Shown one piece after another: positions 1 to 8,894 of a DNA stretch of 54,023 bases. The notes beneath the pieces were generated by a model that saw only the letters and a program-made list of their open reading frames with translations, did no database searches and was not told the origin of the DNA. A program made the translations under genes and the position numbers. Source of the DNA: a virus (taxonomy: Duplodnaviria > Caudoviricetes); IMG/VR virus record IMGVR_UViG_3300049788_000021, positions 1-54,023 of that record; one strand, given 5' to 3'. Every line of letters begins with the position of its first letter. Position 1 is the stretch's first letter.

Positions 1-127
1 GCGGTTCCGCTTGGGGCTGTTCTTTCGGATCGACAATGCCCTTTTCGGCGCGAAGATATTTGGCGTGCTCCCCGGCCAACATTTGCATTGCCGCTTTTTC
101 ACTTTTCTTGGTGCCGTCGTTCTCAAT
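1..127. repeat. Terminal direct repeat, copy 1 (circular assembly overlap)
   Basis: 1-127 is identical to 53897-54023; the integrase ORF is continuous across the join. Confidence 0.95.
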
Positions 128-211
128 CCCGGTGGGGATTTGGTAACGATGGCCTTTGAAACGGAACTGCCCCCACCATTTGCTAGAACCTTCACGCTTG
201 TACACGTTCAT
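1..211 (-). CDS. int: Tyrosine integrase, N-terminal part (continues across the origin into 53896..52950; 385 aa in total)
   Basis: ATG at 211 with GGAG SD; MNVYKREGSSKWWGQFRFKGHRYQIPTG...AAMQMLAGEHAK is in frame with ORF 52950..53984. Confidence 0.9.
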   Translation of the reverse strand, partial: MNVYKREGSSKWWGQFRFKGHRYQIPTGIENDGTKKSEKAAMQMLAGEHAKYLRAEKGIVDPKEQPQAEP

Positions 212-264
212 TTTCGTCCACTCCTTTTCTGTTTGTGTTACAGTGTCATACCGCAGGTGTAGCA

Positions 265-292
265 ACTATAACCCGATGTGCCCCATTGTCAA
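265..292 (-). promoter_or_regulatory. Sigma70-type promoter for integrase
   Basis: TTGACA-16 bp-TATAGT on the minus strand upstream of the int start. Confidence 0.65.
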
Positions 293-302
293 GAGGATTG
301 TT

Positions 303-485
303 ATGAAAGGCAAACCCCTGAAATACAACAGCCCAACGCAAGTACGTCTTGAACAAAAACAGCGCGAGGAAATCGAAGCTATCGCCAGAGCAGAGCACCG
401 TAATTTTACCGATACCATGCGACTGTTGTTGCTGCTTGGAATGGAGAGGTATAAAGCAACTGGTAAATTGTGGGGGAAGGTCTAA
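303..485 (+). CDS. Ribbon-helix-helix (Arc/MetJ/CopG-like) DNA-binding protein
   Basis: TQVRLEQKQREEIEAIARAEHRNFTDTMRLLL fits the beta-alpha-alpha pattern; divergent from int. Confidence 0.65.
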   Translation: MKGKPLKYNSPTQVRLEQKQREEIEAIARAEHRNFTDTMRLLLLLGMERYKATGKLWGKV

Positions 486-856
486 GCCTTCCCCCTGTGG
501 CGCAGAAACCCCGGCAGTTCGCCCCGTTCCTTACGCGCTTGGGCGGAAGCCTTGGCTACGCGGCTGCGTGTCCTGGTGGTCAGGGCATCCCGCTGTCGCG
601 CTATGGCATTGGCCACACGGGGTGGCAGAGCCAGCCGCGTGACTACGTTGGACTCGTCAATGCACTCTATAAACACGGTGTCGCCATCCTCCGCGTGCCG
701 TGCCGTTTCGATAATGAAAGTTTCCGCTGTGCCCTTGACCCGCTCCACGGTCTTGATGGTTGTGGGTTTGGTGAACAGCACCTCTCCTGCTCCGCGTTGC
801 ATCTCCAAGCTGCCGCGTGTGTCGTCATATTTCGATACGCTTTTGCCGTTGTCCAT
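482..856 (-). CDS. Hypothetical protein
   Basis: ORF; GGAGG SD before the ATG at 856. Confidence 0.6.
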   Translation of the reverse strand: MDNGKSVSKYDDTRGSLEMQRGAGEVLFTKPTTIKTVERVKGTAETFIIETARHAEDGDTVFIECIDESNVVTRLALPPRVANAIARQRDALTTRTRSRVAKASAQARKERGELPGFLRHRGKA

Positions 857-1060
857 GGTGGCAGTCCTCCACGACTGCGCGACCATGTTACCAAATCGCA
901 ATTTTGCATTTCCGTAAAGAGTGACAGTTATCCGCACAACTTTGTCTCTGGGCAACCGTTAAACCGATTTAACGATTTTTGAAAATAGTTCTAGGTGCAT
1001 GGATAGGAGCTATGCGCAAGGTCAAGCGCAAGGTCAAAACTAAAAACAGTCTTCAAAATC

Positions 1061-1456
1061 CTAGGCGTAGTAGCGATCCCGATCCTTGCGCCAGCGTAAA
1101 AAAATCCTGGGATCGTGTTTGAGCAAAAGCAGTGCGCTGGCCATTACCTCTTCATGATGTAAAGGAAGGTCCTCATATTCGCGGGGGCGGTAGCAAGTGC
1201 AAAGCGTCAGGCACGATTGGCCTCTTCGCATACCTCTTGGCATGCGGATAATCGTGCTGGGAGCAACTATAAAAGTCCATCCTTGAACTTTTAGCTCATA
1301 GCTAACTCTGTCTATCAGCCGTGCGCCCACCGCTTCTACTACGCGAGCAAGATTTATTTTGGCTTGGTGTTCTGCAGACATGGATTTATTGCGCTCCTCG
1401 AAAGATGCGGCGCTCAACAGGTCTAAGTACGTTGAACGCCGCATTAAGTGCTTCAT
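1061..1456 (-). CDS. Hypothetical protein
   Basis: ORF translationally coupled (ATGA) to the upstream gene. Confidence 0.6.
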   Translation of the reverse strand: MKHLMRRSTYLDLLSAASFEERNKSMSAEHQAKINLARVVEAVGARLIDRVSYELKVQGWTFIVAPSTIIRMPRGMRRGQSCLTLCTCYRPREYEDLPLHHEEVMASALLLLKHDPRIFLRWRKDRDRYYA

Positions 1457-1746
1457 CCCCCGACCAGCGGACGAACAATGGTCACGTCACGGGTTTCCGT
1501 GGTGACCGTATCCACGGCTTCGCCTGTGGCCATGCTAAAAGCCTGACCATGCAACTCGCGTTCGTATTTATTTACCACGCGGTTGACTTCCTCCATGTCG
1601 GCGGTAGCCGGATCGTACTCCAACAGAACATCGTGCCCACGGTAGCTGAACACGATTACTTGCTCTTTCCGCGAACGTACACGTGTGATTTGCTTCATGG
1701 TTGCTTCCCTTCTTTTGGCGTGCTTCCCCCTCGTAGAAGACACCAA
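1453..1746 (-). CDS. Hypothetical protein
   Basis: ORF in the leftward operon; true start probably the internal MKQIT. Confidence 0.55.
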   Translation of the reverse strand: MVSSTRGKHAKRREATMKQITRVRSRKEQVIVFSYRGHDVLLEYDPATADMEEVNRVVNKYERELHGQAFSMATGEAVDTVTTETRDVTIVRPLVGG

Positions 1747-1779
1747 AGCCTTTCTGAAAAAATCCCCTCGCGTTCGCGG

Positions 1780-2235
1780 TTAGGCCGCGTGACTTTTATC
1801 TTCTCTGCGCTTTTGCTCTGCCTCAATGCGTCGATAGGTCAGTGCCTTCTGCTTCAGATGGCGCTCGAGCATATGAGACAGTACCGCTCTGTAACGTCTA
1901 TTGGTGTACTTAAAATAGTCTTCACCAGGACGCGACTGCGGATAGTAACCGCAAGCTGGACAATCCACGCGCCAGAAGCCGATGCTCTTACCGCACCTCC
2001 TCAAACGCCAATAGTTCTGAAAGTCGCCGTCTAAGTGCCGCGCCATTTGGCGCAACTCGCTCGCCAAAATGGGTAAGCTGTTCTTCGCTGATTTTGATGA
2101 TTTTGCTTTCGATGAGCGCCCAGGCGTAACCGATAAGTTCGCCCTTGCTCGGCGGGGTGCTTTGCTGGTTGTTGCTTGTGTCGTTGTTTGTTGCTCGGAC
2201 TGCTGCGTTACTGCCGTTGTTGGTGTTGTGGACAT
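1780..2235 (-). CDS. Hypothetical protein with a CxxC motif (start uncertain; overlaps the upstream gene)
   Basis: ORF with CPACG; AGGAGG upstream of the ATG at 2235. Confidence 0.4.
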   Translation of the reverse strand: MSTTPTTAVTQQSEQQTTTQATTSKAPRRARANLSVTPGRSSKAKSSKSAKNSLPILASELRQMARHLDGDFQNYWRLRRCGKSIGFWRVDCPACGYYPQSRPGEDYFKYTNRRYRAVLSHMLERHLKQKALTYRRIEAEQKRREDKSHAA

Positions 2236-2860
2236 GAACGAGGTTTTCCTCCTGTTTGCCGTATTTGTAGAAACGATACTTCACTACATTTGCTGCAAGG
2301 CCCATGCTTCGGCCAATTTCGGGAAACTCCAAGCCTTTGGCTCGCAGTCTGATAATGCGCGGCATACTCTTCAAAATTTCACGGTTAGGTTTTCGTATTC
2401 CTCGCGGTCGCCCCACAACATTACCTGTTGGAATATGGCTGGTCTTGCCATGCTGAAGTTTAAGTTTCCAATAGAAGGCCATGCCCGTGGTAATGCCGCA
2501 TTTCTGCGCCACCTGTTTTCCGGTCAGACCTTCGCCAAACAGTTGCAAAAGTTTGGGAACAAAATGAGGCAGTTTGCCGTTTTGATTTCCGGCAAGGTGT
2601 CGGTTGGCTTTTACGCTGTGTCCCATGAGGTGGTTATGAAACTGGTTGTACAGCCCTTGCTCTTTCATCCGGCGTATCTTGCCGACCTGATCTTTGTTCA
2701 TCTTGGTGATCTTGGCTATCTCTGTTGCGGTGGCGTGTTTCTTTTCGAGCCTGTTCAAAGTTTCCAACTGCTGCGGAGTAATTTGCAGGTGATATATCTT
2801 AATGGGTTTGGACAACTGCGCCTGGGCTGCTGCGTTGTTGCTGTTTGCTTCATCGTTCAT
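1988..2860 (-). CDS. Multi-HTH DNA-binding protein
   Basis: Three HTH-like segments: TATEIAKITKMNKDQV, TGKQVAQKCGITTGMA, EFPEIGRSMGLAANVV. Confidence 0.65.
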   Translation of the reverse strand: MNDEANSNNAAAQAQLSKPIKIYHLQITPQQLETLNRLEKKHATATEIAKITKMNKDQVGKIRRMKEQGLYNQFHNHLMGHSVKANRHLAGNQNGKLPHFVPKLLQLFGEGLTGKQVAQKCGITTGMAFYWKLKLQHGKTSHIPTGNVVGRPRGIRKPNREILKSMPRIIRLRAKGLEFPEIGRSMGLAANVVKYRFYKYGKQEENLVHVHNTNNGSNAAVRATNNDTSNNQQSTPPSKGELIGYAWALIESKIIKISEEQLTHFGERVAPNGAALRRRLSELLAFEEVR

Positions 2861-3213
2861 GGTTGCGCTCCTCGCGGTGTGCTGCGGTCACTGATTTGTA
2901 AAACATAGGCTACATCGTCGGATAGCCTAATTTCTCGAAAATGTATTACCAGGGGACCTTCTTCAACAATTTTGCCGTGTACCACAGCCACAAGAATGTC
3001 CACCGCTTCGCGCACGTAGGCTTGAAAGAGTTGCTCGCGGTCGTCGCTGATGCGAGCGCGGTAGTAGTTCTGTTCAAGGATACGCAGACGAGACAAACGT
3101 AGTTGCGAAACGCGGGTGACGATGAGTTGGGGCAAAACACGCGGCATATAAAGTAACAATGGTTGCGGTTCCGGTTGCGGATCATCCGTCCTTGTGTTTC
3201 TCTTTTTTATCAT
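2857..3213 (-). CDS. Hypothetical protein
   Basis: ORF overlapping its neighbours in the operon. Confidence 0.55.
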   Translation of the reverse strand: MIKKRNTRTDDPQPEPQPLLLYMPRVLPQLIVTRVSQLRLSRLRILEQNYYRARISDDREQLFQAYVREAVDILVAVVHGKIVEEGPLVIHFREIRLSDDVAYVLQISDRSTPRGAQP

Positions 3214-3478
3214 TCAAAGCCTTCCAAGCCTCTTCTACGTAGCGGATAGCAAGACGCTGCAAGCCAATGTCAAAAGGATGGGGCGGCTTGGGCATCTCTG
3301 TTTGCAACTGACCTGTCGCTTTGAAGTCTGCGATAGCTTTTTCAAGCAGTCGCCGCACCACGTCGGAAACATCCCGCTTGGTGCTGTCGGTAATCTTCAA
3401 AATGGTGACCATGGTGCCGGACTCCACGCGAACGCAAAGTGACTCCGTTTTTTTGGTTTTTCGCAACGTTGCTGCCAT
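3182..3478 (-). CDS. RHH DNA-binding protein, candidate repressor
   Basis: SLCVRVESGTMVTILKITDSTKRDVSDVVRRLL; first gene of the leftward unit at the divergent promoters; resembles 303..485. Confidence 0.6.
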   Translation of the reverse strand: MAATLRKTKKTESLCVRVESGTMVTILKITDSTKRDVSDVVRRLLEKAIADFKATGQLQTEMPKPPHPFDIGLQRLAIRYVEEAWKALNDKKEKHKDG

Positions 3479-3525
3479 GTTCACCTCACTGCGCTGGGGG
3501 GGACAGTGAAATCTAGTTGGGCATT

Positions 3526-3554
3526 TTTATAACATCGGGTGCTGTGTATTGCAA
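3526..3554 (-). promoter_or_regulatory. Leftward sigma70-type promoter
   Basis: TTGCAA-17 bp-TATAAA on the minus strand. Confidence 0.6.
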
Positions 3555-3609
3555 GTACGTACGCAGTGCTACATGTCATCAAATCCACAGGCACTAGCAA
3601 AAGATGAAG

Positions 3610-3638
3610 TTGACATAGTAACTCTCAAAGCGTACATC
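3610..3638 (+). promoter_or_regulatory. Rightward early promoter
   Basis: TTGACA-17 bp-TACATC upstream of 3685. Confidence 0.5.
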
Positions 3639-3684
3639 CTGTCAGACAGTGTTGTACGGTTCGCTGGATTTCAGGGGAAGGACG

Positions 3685-3864
3685 ATGATGGAAACGAAAC
3701 CAGCCGAACGGACCACTTCTGTTGCTCTGGTTATCCGCGTTCCTCAACAATTGCGTAAGCGCTTAATCACCTACGCGAGCGAGCGGGAATGGACCATTTC
3801 TCAAGTTGTCCGCAAGGCTCTCGACAATTATCTAAGCAAAAACGGCACCGGGAAAGCTCCATGA
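3685..3864 (+). CDS. RHH/Arc-like DNA-binding protein (Cro position)
   Basis: ALVIRVPQQLRKRLITYASEREWTISQVVRKALDNYL is a typical RHH pattern. Confidence 0.75.
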   Translation: MMETKPAERTTSVALVIRVPQQLRKRLITYASEREWTISQVVRKALDNYLSKNGTGKAP

Positions 3865-4061
3865 ACGACGTGGCGCTTGCTCCCTTGGCGGTAAGCAGAC
3901 GGCAAGCTGGTGAGATGCTGTCGGTCTGTGAAGCAACCATTTCTAATTTGATACGCAAAGGGAAACTGAAAGCCTGTCGCGTGGGGGACCGCATCATTGT
4001 CCCGATCACGGAACTAGAACGCTATCTCAGGGATCATCCAGCGGTCCAAAAAACAAAGTAA
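3861..4061 (+). CDS. Excisionase-like HTH_17 DNA-binding protein
   Basis: VSRRQAGEMLSVCEATISNLIRKGKLKACRVGDRIIVP. Confidence 0.8.
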   Translation: MNDVALAPLAVSRRQAGEMLSVCEATISNLIRKGKLKACRVGDRIIVPITELERYLRDHPAVQKTK

Positions 4062-4073
4062 TCGAGGCAAGCC

Positions 4074-5207
4074 ATGGAACGGAAAGATTGGTTGGCCCTC
4101 CGACGCCTGGGCCTTGGAGGGAGCGATGCTGCGGCTGTGCTTGGACTGTCGCCATGGAGGTCCGCTATGGACGTGTACATGGACAAAAAAGCCCTGGCCG
4201 ACGAGGAGTTTTCCGATCCGGAGAAGAACTTTCTTCTGGACCTGGGACTGCAACTCGAACCCATTGTAGCGCGGCTGTATGTGCGGCAAACCGGACGGGA
4301 ACTCATCGTTCCCAGCGACAATATCGTACATCCTTCGCATCCGGAGTTGCGCGGCACTCCCGACCGTCTGGTGCAGAACGAACTGCGCGGCGTGGAGTTG
4401 AAAACCGAGAACGAGTTCACCGATCAATTTGGCGATCCCGGCACGGACCAAATCCCGCCGCATTATCTCATCCAATGCGCTCATTACATGGCCATCACCG
4501 GGATGCCTTTGTGGGACGTGGCGGTGCTGCACGGCAGTTCGCGTTTTGCCATCTATCCGCTCGAACGGGACGCCGAACTCGAAAGCCTGTTGATCGAACG
4601 CCTCACAGAATGGTGGCACAAGCACGTGGTGCTGGACATTCCTCCGGATATGGACGGCAGTGACGCCTGGAAAAGCTACCTGCACAAAAAGTTTCCTCAC
4701 AATATCCGGCCTATCGAGGAAATCCAAGCCAACTCCGCGTACCTGATCGAAGAACTGCGCCGCGTGCATTTGGTGCAAAAGCAAATGGAAGGGTACCGCC
4801 AGGAAATGGAAAACAAGCTCAAGGGCATCATTGGCGACCGCGAGGGAGTGTTTTCCTCCTGCGGACGGGTGACTTGGAAACGCACCCGCGCCAGCGAAAA
4901 AATCGACTGGGAAGCGGCCTTCCGTTTACTGGCGCAACAAAGTGATGTGGATCACCAACAGATTTCCGACCTGATCGAACAATGTACCGAGAAGAAAGCA
5001 GGAGTGCGGCGTTTCCTGTTTACCGCCGCGAAAGGAGAGCAAAGCTATGCCGACAGAGCCATCCAAGCAAGCGTTGACCTTCCCCGTCTTATTAGAGAAA
5101 TACAAGGGGGAAATCGCCAGAGCACTCCCGAAACATCTCAGTCCGGAGCGCATGGTGCGGATAGCGCTAACCAGCTTCCGGAGAACACCACAACTGAACC
5201 ACTGTGA
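4074..5207 (+). CDS. YqaJ-like viral recombinase exonuclease
   Basis: WLALRRLGLGGSDAAAVLGLSPW; GTPDR; ELKT; YLIQCAHYM. Confidence 0.92.
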   Translation: MERKDWLALRRLGLGGSDAAAVLGLSPWRSAMDVYMDKKALADEEFSDPEKNFLLDLGLQLEPIVARLYVRQTGRELIVPSDNIVHPSHPELRGTPDRLVQNELRGVELKTENEFTDQFGDPGTDQIPPHYLIQCAHYMAITGMPLWDVAVLHGSSRFAIYPLERDAELESLLIERLTEWWHKHVVLDIPPDMDGSDAWKSYLHKKFPHNIRPIEEIQANSAYLIEELRRVHLVQKQMEGYRQEMENKLKGIIGDREGVFSSCGRVTWKRTRASEKIDWEAAFRLLAQQSDVDHQQISDLIEQCTEKKAGVRRFLFTAAKGEQSYADRAIQASVDLPRLIREIQGGNRQSTPETSQSGAHGADSANQLPENTTTEPL

Positions 5208-5943
5208 TGCCCGCACCATTTTTGCAGCGGTGCTGACCGCCGCGCAATTTGGCTGGGAAATCGGCATTCACGCCTTCCTGGTGCCCTACAAAAACACCAA
5301 GAGCGGGACCATGGAGTGCCAACTGGTTCCGGGGTGGCAAGGGCTGACCGATCTGGCCTCGCGCAGCGGACGCGCTTCGGTGTGGACCGGAGCGGTATAC
5401 GAAGGGGACAAATTTGACTATGCGTTGGGTGACTCGCCGCACGTACGCCATCAACCCCTCGCGGTGGAAGAAACGGCTGACAAACTAACGCATGTCTACG
5501 CGGTGGGCCGCACCACGGGCGCAGCGTGGCCCGTGATTGAAGTCTGGCCCGTGAAAAAGGTCAAGGCCCACCGCGACAAATACAATAAGCAAGGCAATAA
5601 GCACTACAGTTTTGAGCACCTGGAAATGTACGGTCGCAAGGTGGCGCTGCTGCAAGTGCTCAAGTACATGCCCAAGAGCGCCGAACTGCAAACCGCTATT
5701 GAAATCGACCACGAGGCGGAACGCGGCGAAAAGCAAAACCTCAATCCCGGCCTGCCCATCGACACGGGCGAAATTGTCGATATAGGCAAGCCCGAGGATT
5801 TTGAGGATTTTCCTGGCCCCAAAGAGAAAAGCACCACCGAAGCGCTCAAGGACAAATTGAAGGGCAAACAAGAGCAACTTAGTTCCACGGAAGTGCAAGA
5901 AGCGTGGCCCAAGAAAGACAACGATGAAAAACTCCCCTTCTGA
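5047..5943 (+). CDS. recT: RecT family single-strand annealing protein
   Basis: IARALPKHLSPERMVRIALT; AFLVPY; CQLVPGWQGL..LA.RSG; VYEGDKF; EMYGRKVAL..LKYMPKS. Confidence 0.92.
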   Translation: MPTEPSKQALTFPVLLEKYKGEIARALPKHLSPERMVRIALTSFRRTPQLNHCDARTIFAAVLTAAQFGWEIGIHAFLVPYKNTKSGTMECQLVPGWQGLTDLASRSGRASVWTGAVYEGDKFDYALGDSPHVRHQPLAVEETADKLTHVYAVGRTTGAAWPVIEVWPVKKVKAHRDKYNKQGNKHYSFEHLEMYGRKVALLQVLKYMPKSAELQTAIEIDHEAERGEKQNLNPGLPIDTGEIVDIGKPEDFEDFPGPKEKSTTEALKDKLKGKQEQLSSTEVQEAWPKKDNDEKLPF

Positions 5944-6142
5944 CCTGGAACTCTGCCCCACCTGCCATCAACCGCTGCCCCCGCAAGCCCATACTGCCCC
6001 AGGAGCAGCAGAAATAAAGTGCTTGTACTGCGAGAAACGCGCCGATTTTATCTGGCAGCGCACACCCTTGTGTTTTGAGCATTGGAGCACCATGCGAAAC
6101 GTGCGCCATATAAGGAAACTCTATGGCAACCTTCGGACCTGA
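5924..6142 (+). CDS. Small Cys-rich (zinc-binding) protein
   Basis: CPTC, CLYC and CFEH motifs. Confidence 0.5.
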   Translation: MKNSPSDLELCPTCHQPLPPQAHTAPGAAEIKCLYCEKRADFIWQRTPLCFEHWSTMRNVRHIRKLYGNLRT

Positions 6143-6446
6143 CTTCGACCCGTTACTAGATAGTGACCGCATCCAGAAACAAATGGAGCGCATCCGCGAG
6201 GTCATGCTGCTGGCCAGCGAAGCCAACAAATGGCTGACCCTGGCGGAAATCGAACAGGTTACCCGCTACCCGCAAGCCAGCATCTCCGCGCAGTTACGGC
6301 ACCTGCGCAAGGACGCCTTCGGCAGCTACATCGTCAGGAAACGTCGCCGCGAACCTGCCTATCGCGGGATATGGGAGTACTTGGTGAAGAAACGGCCCCG
6401 GCAATTGAACTTTGTATGGCAAAGCGAAGAGGAGGAGTTCTTTTGA
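6123..6446 (+). CDS. Winged-helix DNA-binding protein
   Basis: WLTLAEIEQVTRYPQASISAQLRHLRK...GIWEY. Confidence 0.7.
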   Translation: MATFGPDFDPLLDSDRIQKQMERIREVMLLASEANKWLTLAEIEQVTRYPQASISAQLRHLRKDAFGSYIVRKRRREPAYRGIWEYLVKKRPRQLNFVWQSEEEEFF

Positions 6447-6665
6447 GTTGTCCGATCTGCGGAGCGCATTGCAGGTGCCGCAAGCGCGGCAGCGACGGCA
6501 CCTGTTGCTCCTGTCATAAACACAAGGCTAGACGCAGCATCCGCCCGGAGTTTTACATCACTGCGAACCTGACCCAGAGCGAAGTCGCGGCAGTAGCGCG
6601 GCACCGCCAGGAACTCGATCAAACCTTCCTCCTCATATTAACTGATTGGTACACGAGAATGCGGC

Positions 6666-7259
6666 TTGCGGAGTACGGCGTTGAACCTCAAGGAAGCAGA
6701 AGAGCTACTGCAGTACCTGAAGCGGCAGACGCAGATCACGGAATACTGGTGCGTGGAAACGGATGAAGGCATTAAGCTGGAAGTCTATCCCCTTGGCTAT
6801 GCCGCCGATTTCGAGTGGCGCGATCTGCTGACGGTCCTGCCGCGCAAGTATCAATACGCGCTTTTTGAGGGCACCTACGAACCGCATCGTGTTCCGCACT
6901 GGCATCCCTTCCACATGTGGGAGCAGGAACTGTACGTGTTCTACCGCGAGTTGCGCGAACAGATGGCCGCAGCGCTCCGCGATCTGCACCACGCTCCCTA
7001 CGCCCGCCGCAAGGGCGAACTGCAAGCCAGCAAAAGCTGCGGCGACAGCGGCGCGGCGGTGAGCGGATTAGCGCCGCAGCCGGAGGATTTTACCGCCGAA
7101 CTGGGCACCATCCGCCCTTTACTGATGAGTAAACCAAAAGGCCACGGCACGTACTGGCGTATGAGCCGGGGGCGGCGCTACCTGACGCTCCCAGAGGTGC
7201 AGGAACTGAAACAGGATTTCTGCCGATTGCTCGAACGTTTCATTGAGGGAGACGGTTAA
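6666..7259 (+). CDS. Hypothetical protein
   Basis: ORF in the early operon. Confidence 0.55.
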   Translation: MRSTALNLKEAEELLQYLKRQTQITEYWCVETDEGIKLEVYPLGYAADFEWRDLLTVLPRKYQYALFEGTYEPHRVPHWHPFHMWEQELYVFYRELREQMAAALRDLHHAPYARRKGELQASKSCGDSGAAVSGLAPQPEDFTAELGTIRPLLMSKPKGHGTYWRMSRGRRYLTLPEVQELKQDFCRLLERFIEGDG

Positions 7260-7408
7260 ATGGCCCGCCGCGATTATCCGGAACTGCGCCCCTGCGGGAA
7301 ATGCCGCAAGCCCATGTGGTGGCACCTGCAAGTATCGAGCGTGCGTCAGGACGACGGGCACCGCTTTCGCCTGAAGGGGCGCAGGTGGCCCTGCGGGAGG
7401 TTGCGGAG

Positions 7409-7972
7409 ATGAAATACTACCGTTTTTTCCCCGGTGACTACGAACAAGATACCGTCGAACTCACCTTTGCAGAAAATGGGATTTATCGTCGCCTTCTCGA
7501 TTGGCAATATTCCACCGAAGAACCAATCCGCGACGTAGCCCATGCTTGTGTCATCCTCAAAAAGCGCAGACCGGAAAAATCCAATTACGAAAAAGGTACG
7601 AAAAAAGTACGAAAAATACTCGAAAAATATTTTCCAGACGGATGGAATGCGCGTTTCCTCAAAGAGCTAAATCATGTAAATGAAATAAGTTCCAAAAGAC
7701 GCAAAGCTGCATTTGCAAAGCACCTACATAGCATAAGCACACATACTCTAGACATAAGACAAGAGAAGAGAAGAACTACTAACATAGAGTTAAGCCAAGA
7801 TCACCCGCCCTCCGCGCCTGTGGAAAACCCCGATCCACCGCAAGAAAAACCCTCCGGTTTAAGCGAAGAAAAAAACCTTCCCAACGGCAACGATCCCGTT
7901 GCGGACCAACTCCACGAACTACGCATTGAACTCCAGAAGCTAGAGCTAAGAAAGCGAGGACTACTCCCATGA
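7409..7972 (+). CDS. Replication initiator, DUF1376/YdaU-like
   Basis: MKYYRFFPGDYEQDTVELTFAENGIYRRLLDWQY N-terminus; internal iterons; GGAGG SD. Confidence 0.75.
   Translation: MKYYRFFPGDYEQDTVELTFAENGIYRRLLDWQYSTEEPIRDVAHACVILKKRRPEKSNYEKGTKKVRKILEKYFPDGWNARFLKELNHVNEISSKRRKAAFAKHLHSISTHTLDIRQEKRRTTNIELSQDHPPSAPVENPDPPQEKPSGLSEEKNLPNGNDPVADQLHELRIELQKLELRKRGLLP
7586..7629. repeat. Four tandem 11-bp iterons, candidate replication origin
   Basis: TACGAAAAAGG / TACGAAAAAAG / TACGAAAAATA / CTCGAAAAATA inside the initiator gene, in an AT-rich stretch. Confidence 0.65.
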
Positions 7973-8352
7973 GTACGACGATCACCGTCCCCTTGGTCCC
8001 TCCGAGTCCCAACGTTTTACGCCGCCAGTACCGCCACCCGCAAGCCTACAAACGGCTTCGGGAAACCTGGGAGCACTCCCTCGCCTATGCCGTTCCCTCC
8101 GCGACCGTGCGCTGCCATCTCTTGCGGCAAGCCAGCAAGACTCGCGTGCGCGTAAAGATCACCGTCTTCCACTCCTCGCAGTACGACCCTGACAACCTTA
8201 CTGCGTGCTGTAAGCCAGTCTTAGACGCATTACGAAACATAGGCTACATCCATGACGATGCCGAAGAATGGCTGGAACTTGCCGCACCGCAACAACGCAG
8301 CGGGAAGAACACGTTGGAACGCAAGACGGTGGTCGAAATCGAGGGAGTGTGA
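7969..8352 (+). CDS. rusA: RusA-like Holliday junction resolvase
   Basis: PPSPN N-terminus; DPDNL...KPVLDAL..IGYIHDD. Confidence 0.8.
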   Translation: MSTTITVPLVPPSPNVLRRQYRHPQAYKRLRETWEHSLAYAVPSATVRCHLLRQASKTRVRVKITVFHSSQYDPDNLTACCKPVLDALRNIGYIHDDAEEWLELAAPQQRSGKNTLERKTVVEIEGV

Positions 8353-8355
8353 GGC

Positions 8356-8640
8356 ATGTGGATAAATCCCAACACCAACAAAGGCTGGACGGACGGAGAA
8401 GAAGCTATCTTCATGGAGATACAATCAGTAAGCAGACTTACGCGCATACAGTCGATCCACTTGTGGAAGCGTTTTTGGAAAAACTCCAAGAGGGCTGTGG
8501 TGGTTGCCAAGCGAGATTATCCTGCGTTTACGTCAAAGCAGAGAGCCAATTTCCAAAAGCAAGCGGAACGACTTCAGGGAGCACGTGACAAATCAATGCC
8601 ACATCAGCGCATTTGGCACAGCAGCGCACAATGCGGGTAA
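8356..8640 (+). CDS. Hypothetical basic protein
   Basis: ORF ending the rightward early operon. Confidence 0.55.
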   Translation: MWINPNTNKGWTDGEEAIFMEIQSVSRLTRIQSIHLWKRFWKNSKRAVVVAKRDYPAFTSKQRANFQKQAERLQGARDKSMPHQRIWHSSAQCG

Positions 8641-8714
8641 GGTCGAGGATTTCCTCATGCCATCAGTTTTGACCCCGTTGTAGGCAGAAACTTTGCCGAC
8701 CCCAGTATGGGGGG

Positions 8715-8795
8715 CTACTTGCGGAAATGTTCTTCCCATTCGCCCCACACCCAGGCTATCAGAATGCTCAACACCAATATCCCGAGGATCGTCAC
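8715..8795 (-). CDS. 26-aa membrane peptide (not in the ORF track)
   Basis: GAGGT SD then GTG; VTILGILVLSILIAWVWGEWEEHFRK; resembles 13535..13630. Confidence 0.55.
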   Translation of the reverse strand: MTILGILVLSILIAWVWGEWEEHFRK

Positions 8796-8894
8796 GTGGG
8801 CTACCTCGCCAACGGTCCACCGACTGTCGCGGTAAGACCGTTGACGCCATAGCCAACGACGTAGGCTACAGCTACCCCCTCGCGGGAGTGGACA

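Noticed and set aside
1-127. 127-bp terminal repeat as a biological direct terminal repeat
   Set aside because: It falls inside the integrase CDS and its length equals a common assembler k-mer, so it is best explained as circular contig overlap
2069-2908. Long antisense ORFs in the track (e.g. 2069..2908, 19785..20654, 21565..22482, 24947..25858)
   Set aside because: Shadow frames opposite well-supported genes, with no recognisable motifs
7122-7128. CTGATGA hammerhead core word (also at 24356)
   Set aside because: Inside coding sequence, with no supporting stems or correctly placed GAAA and cleavage triplet
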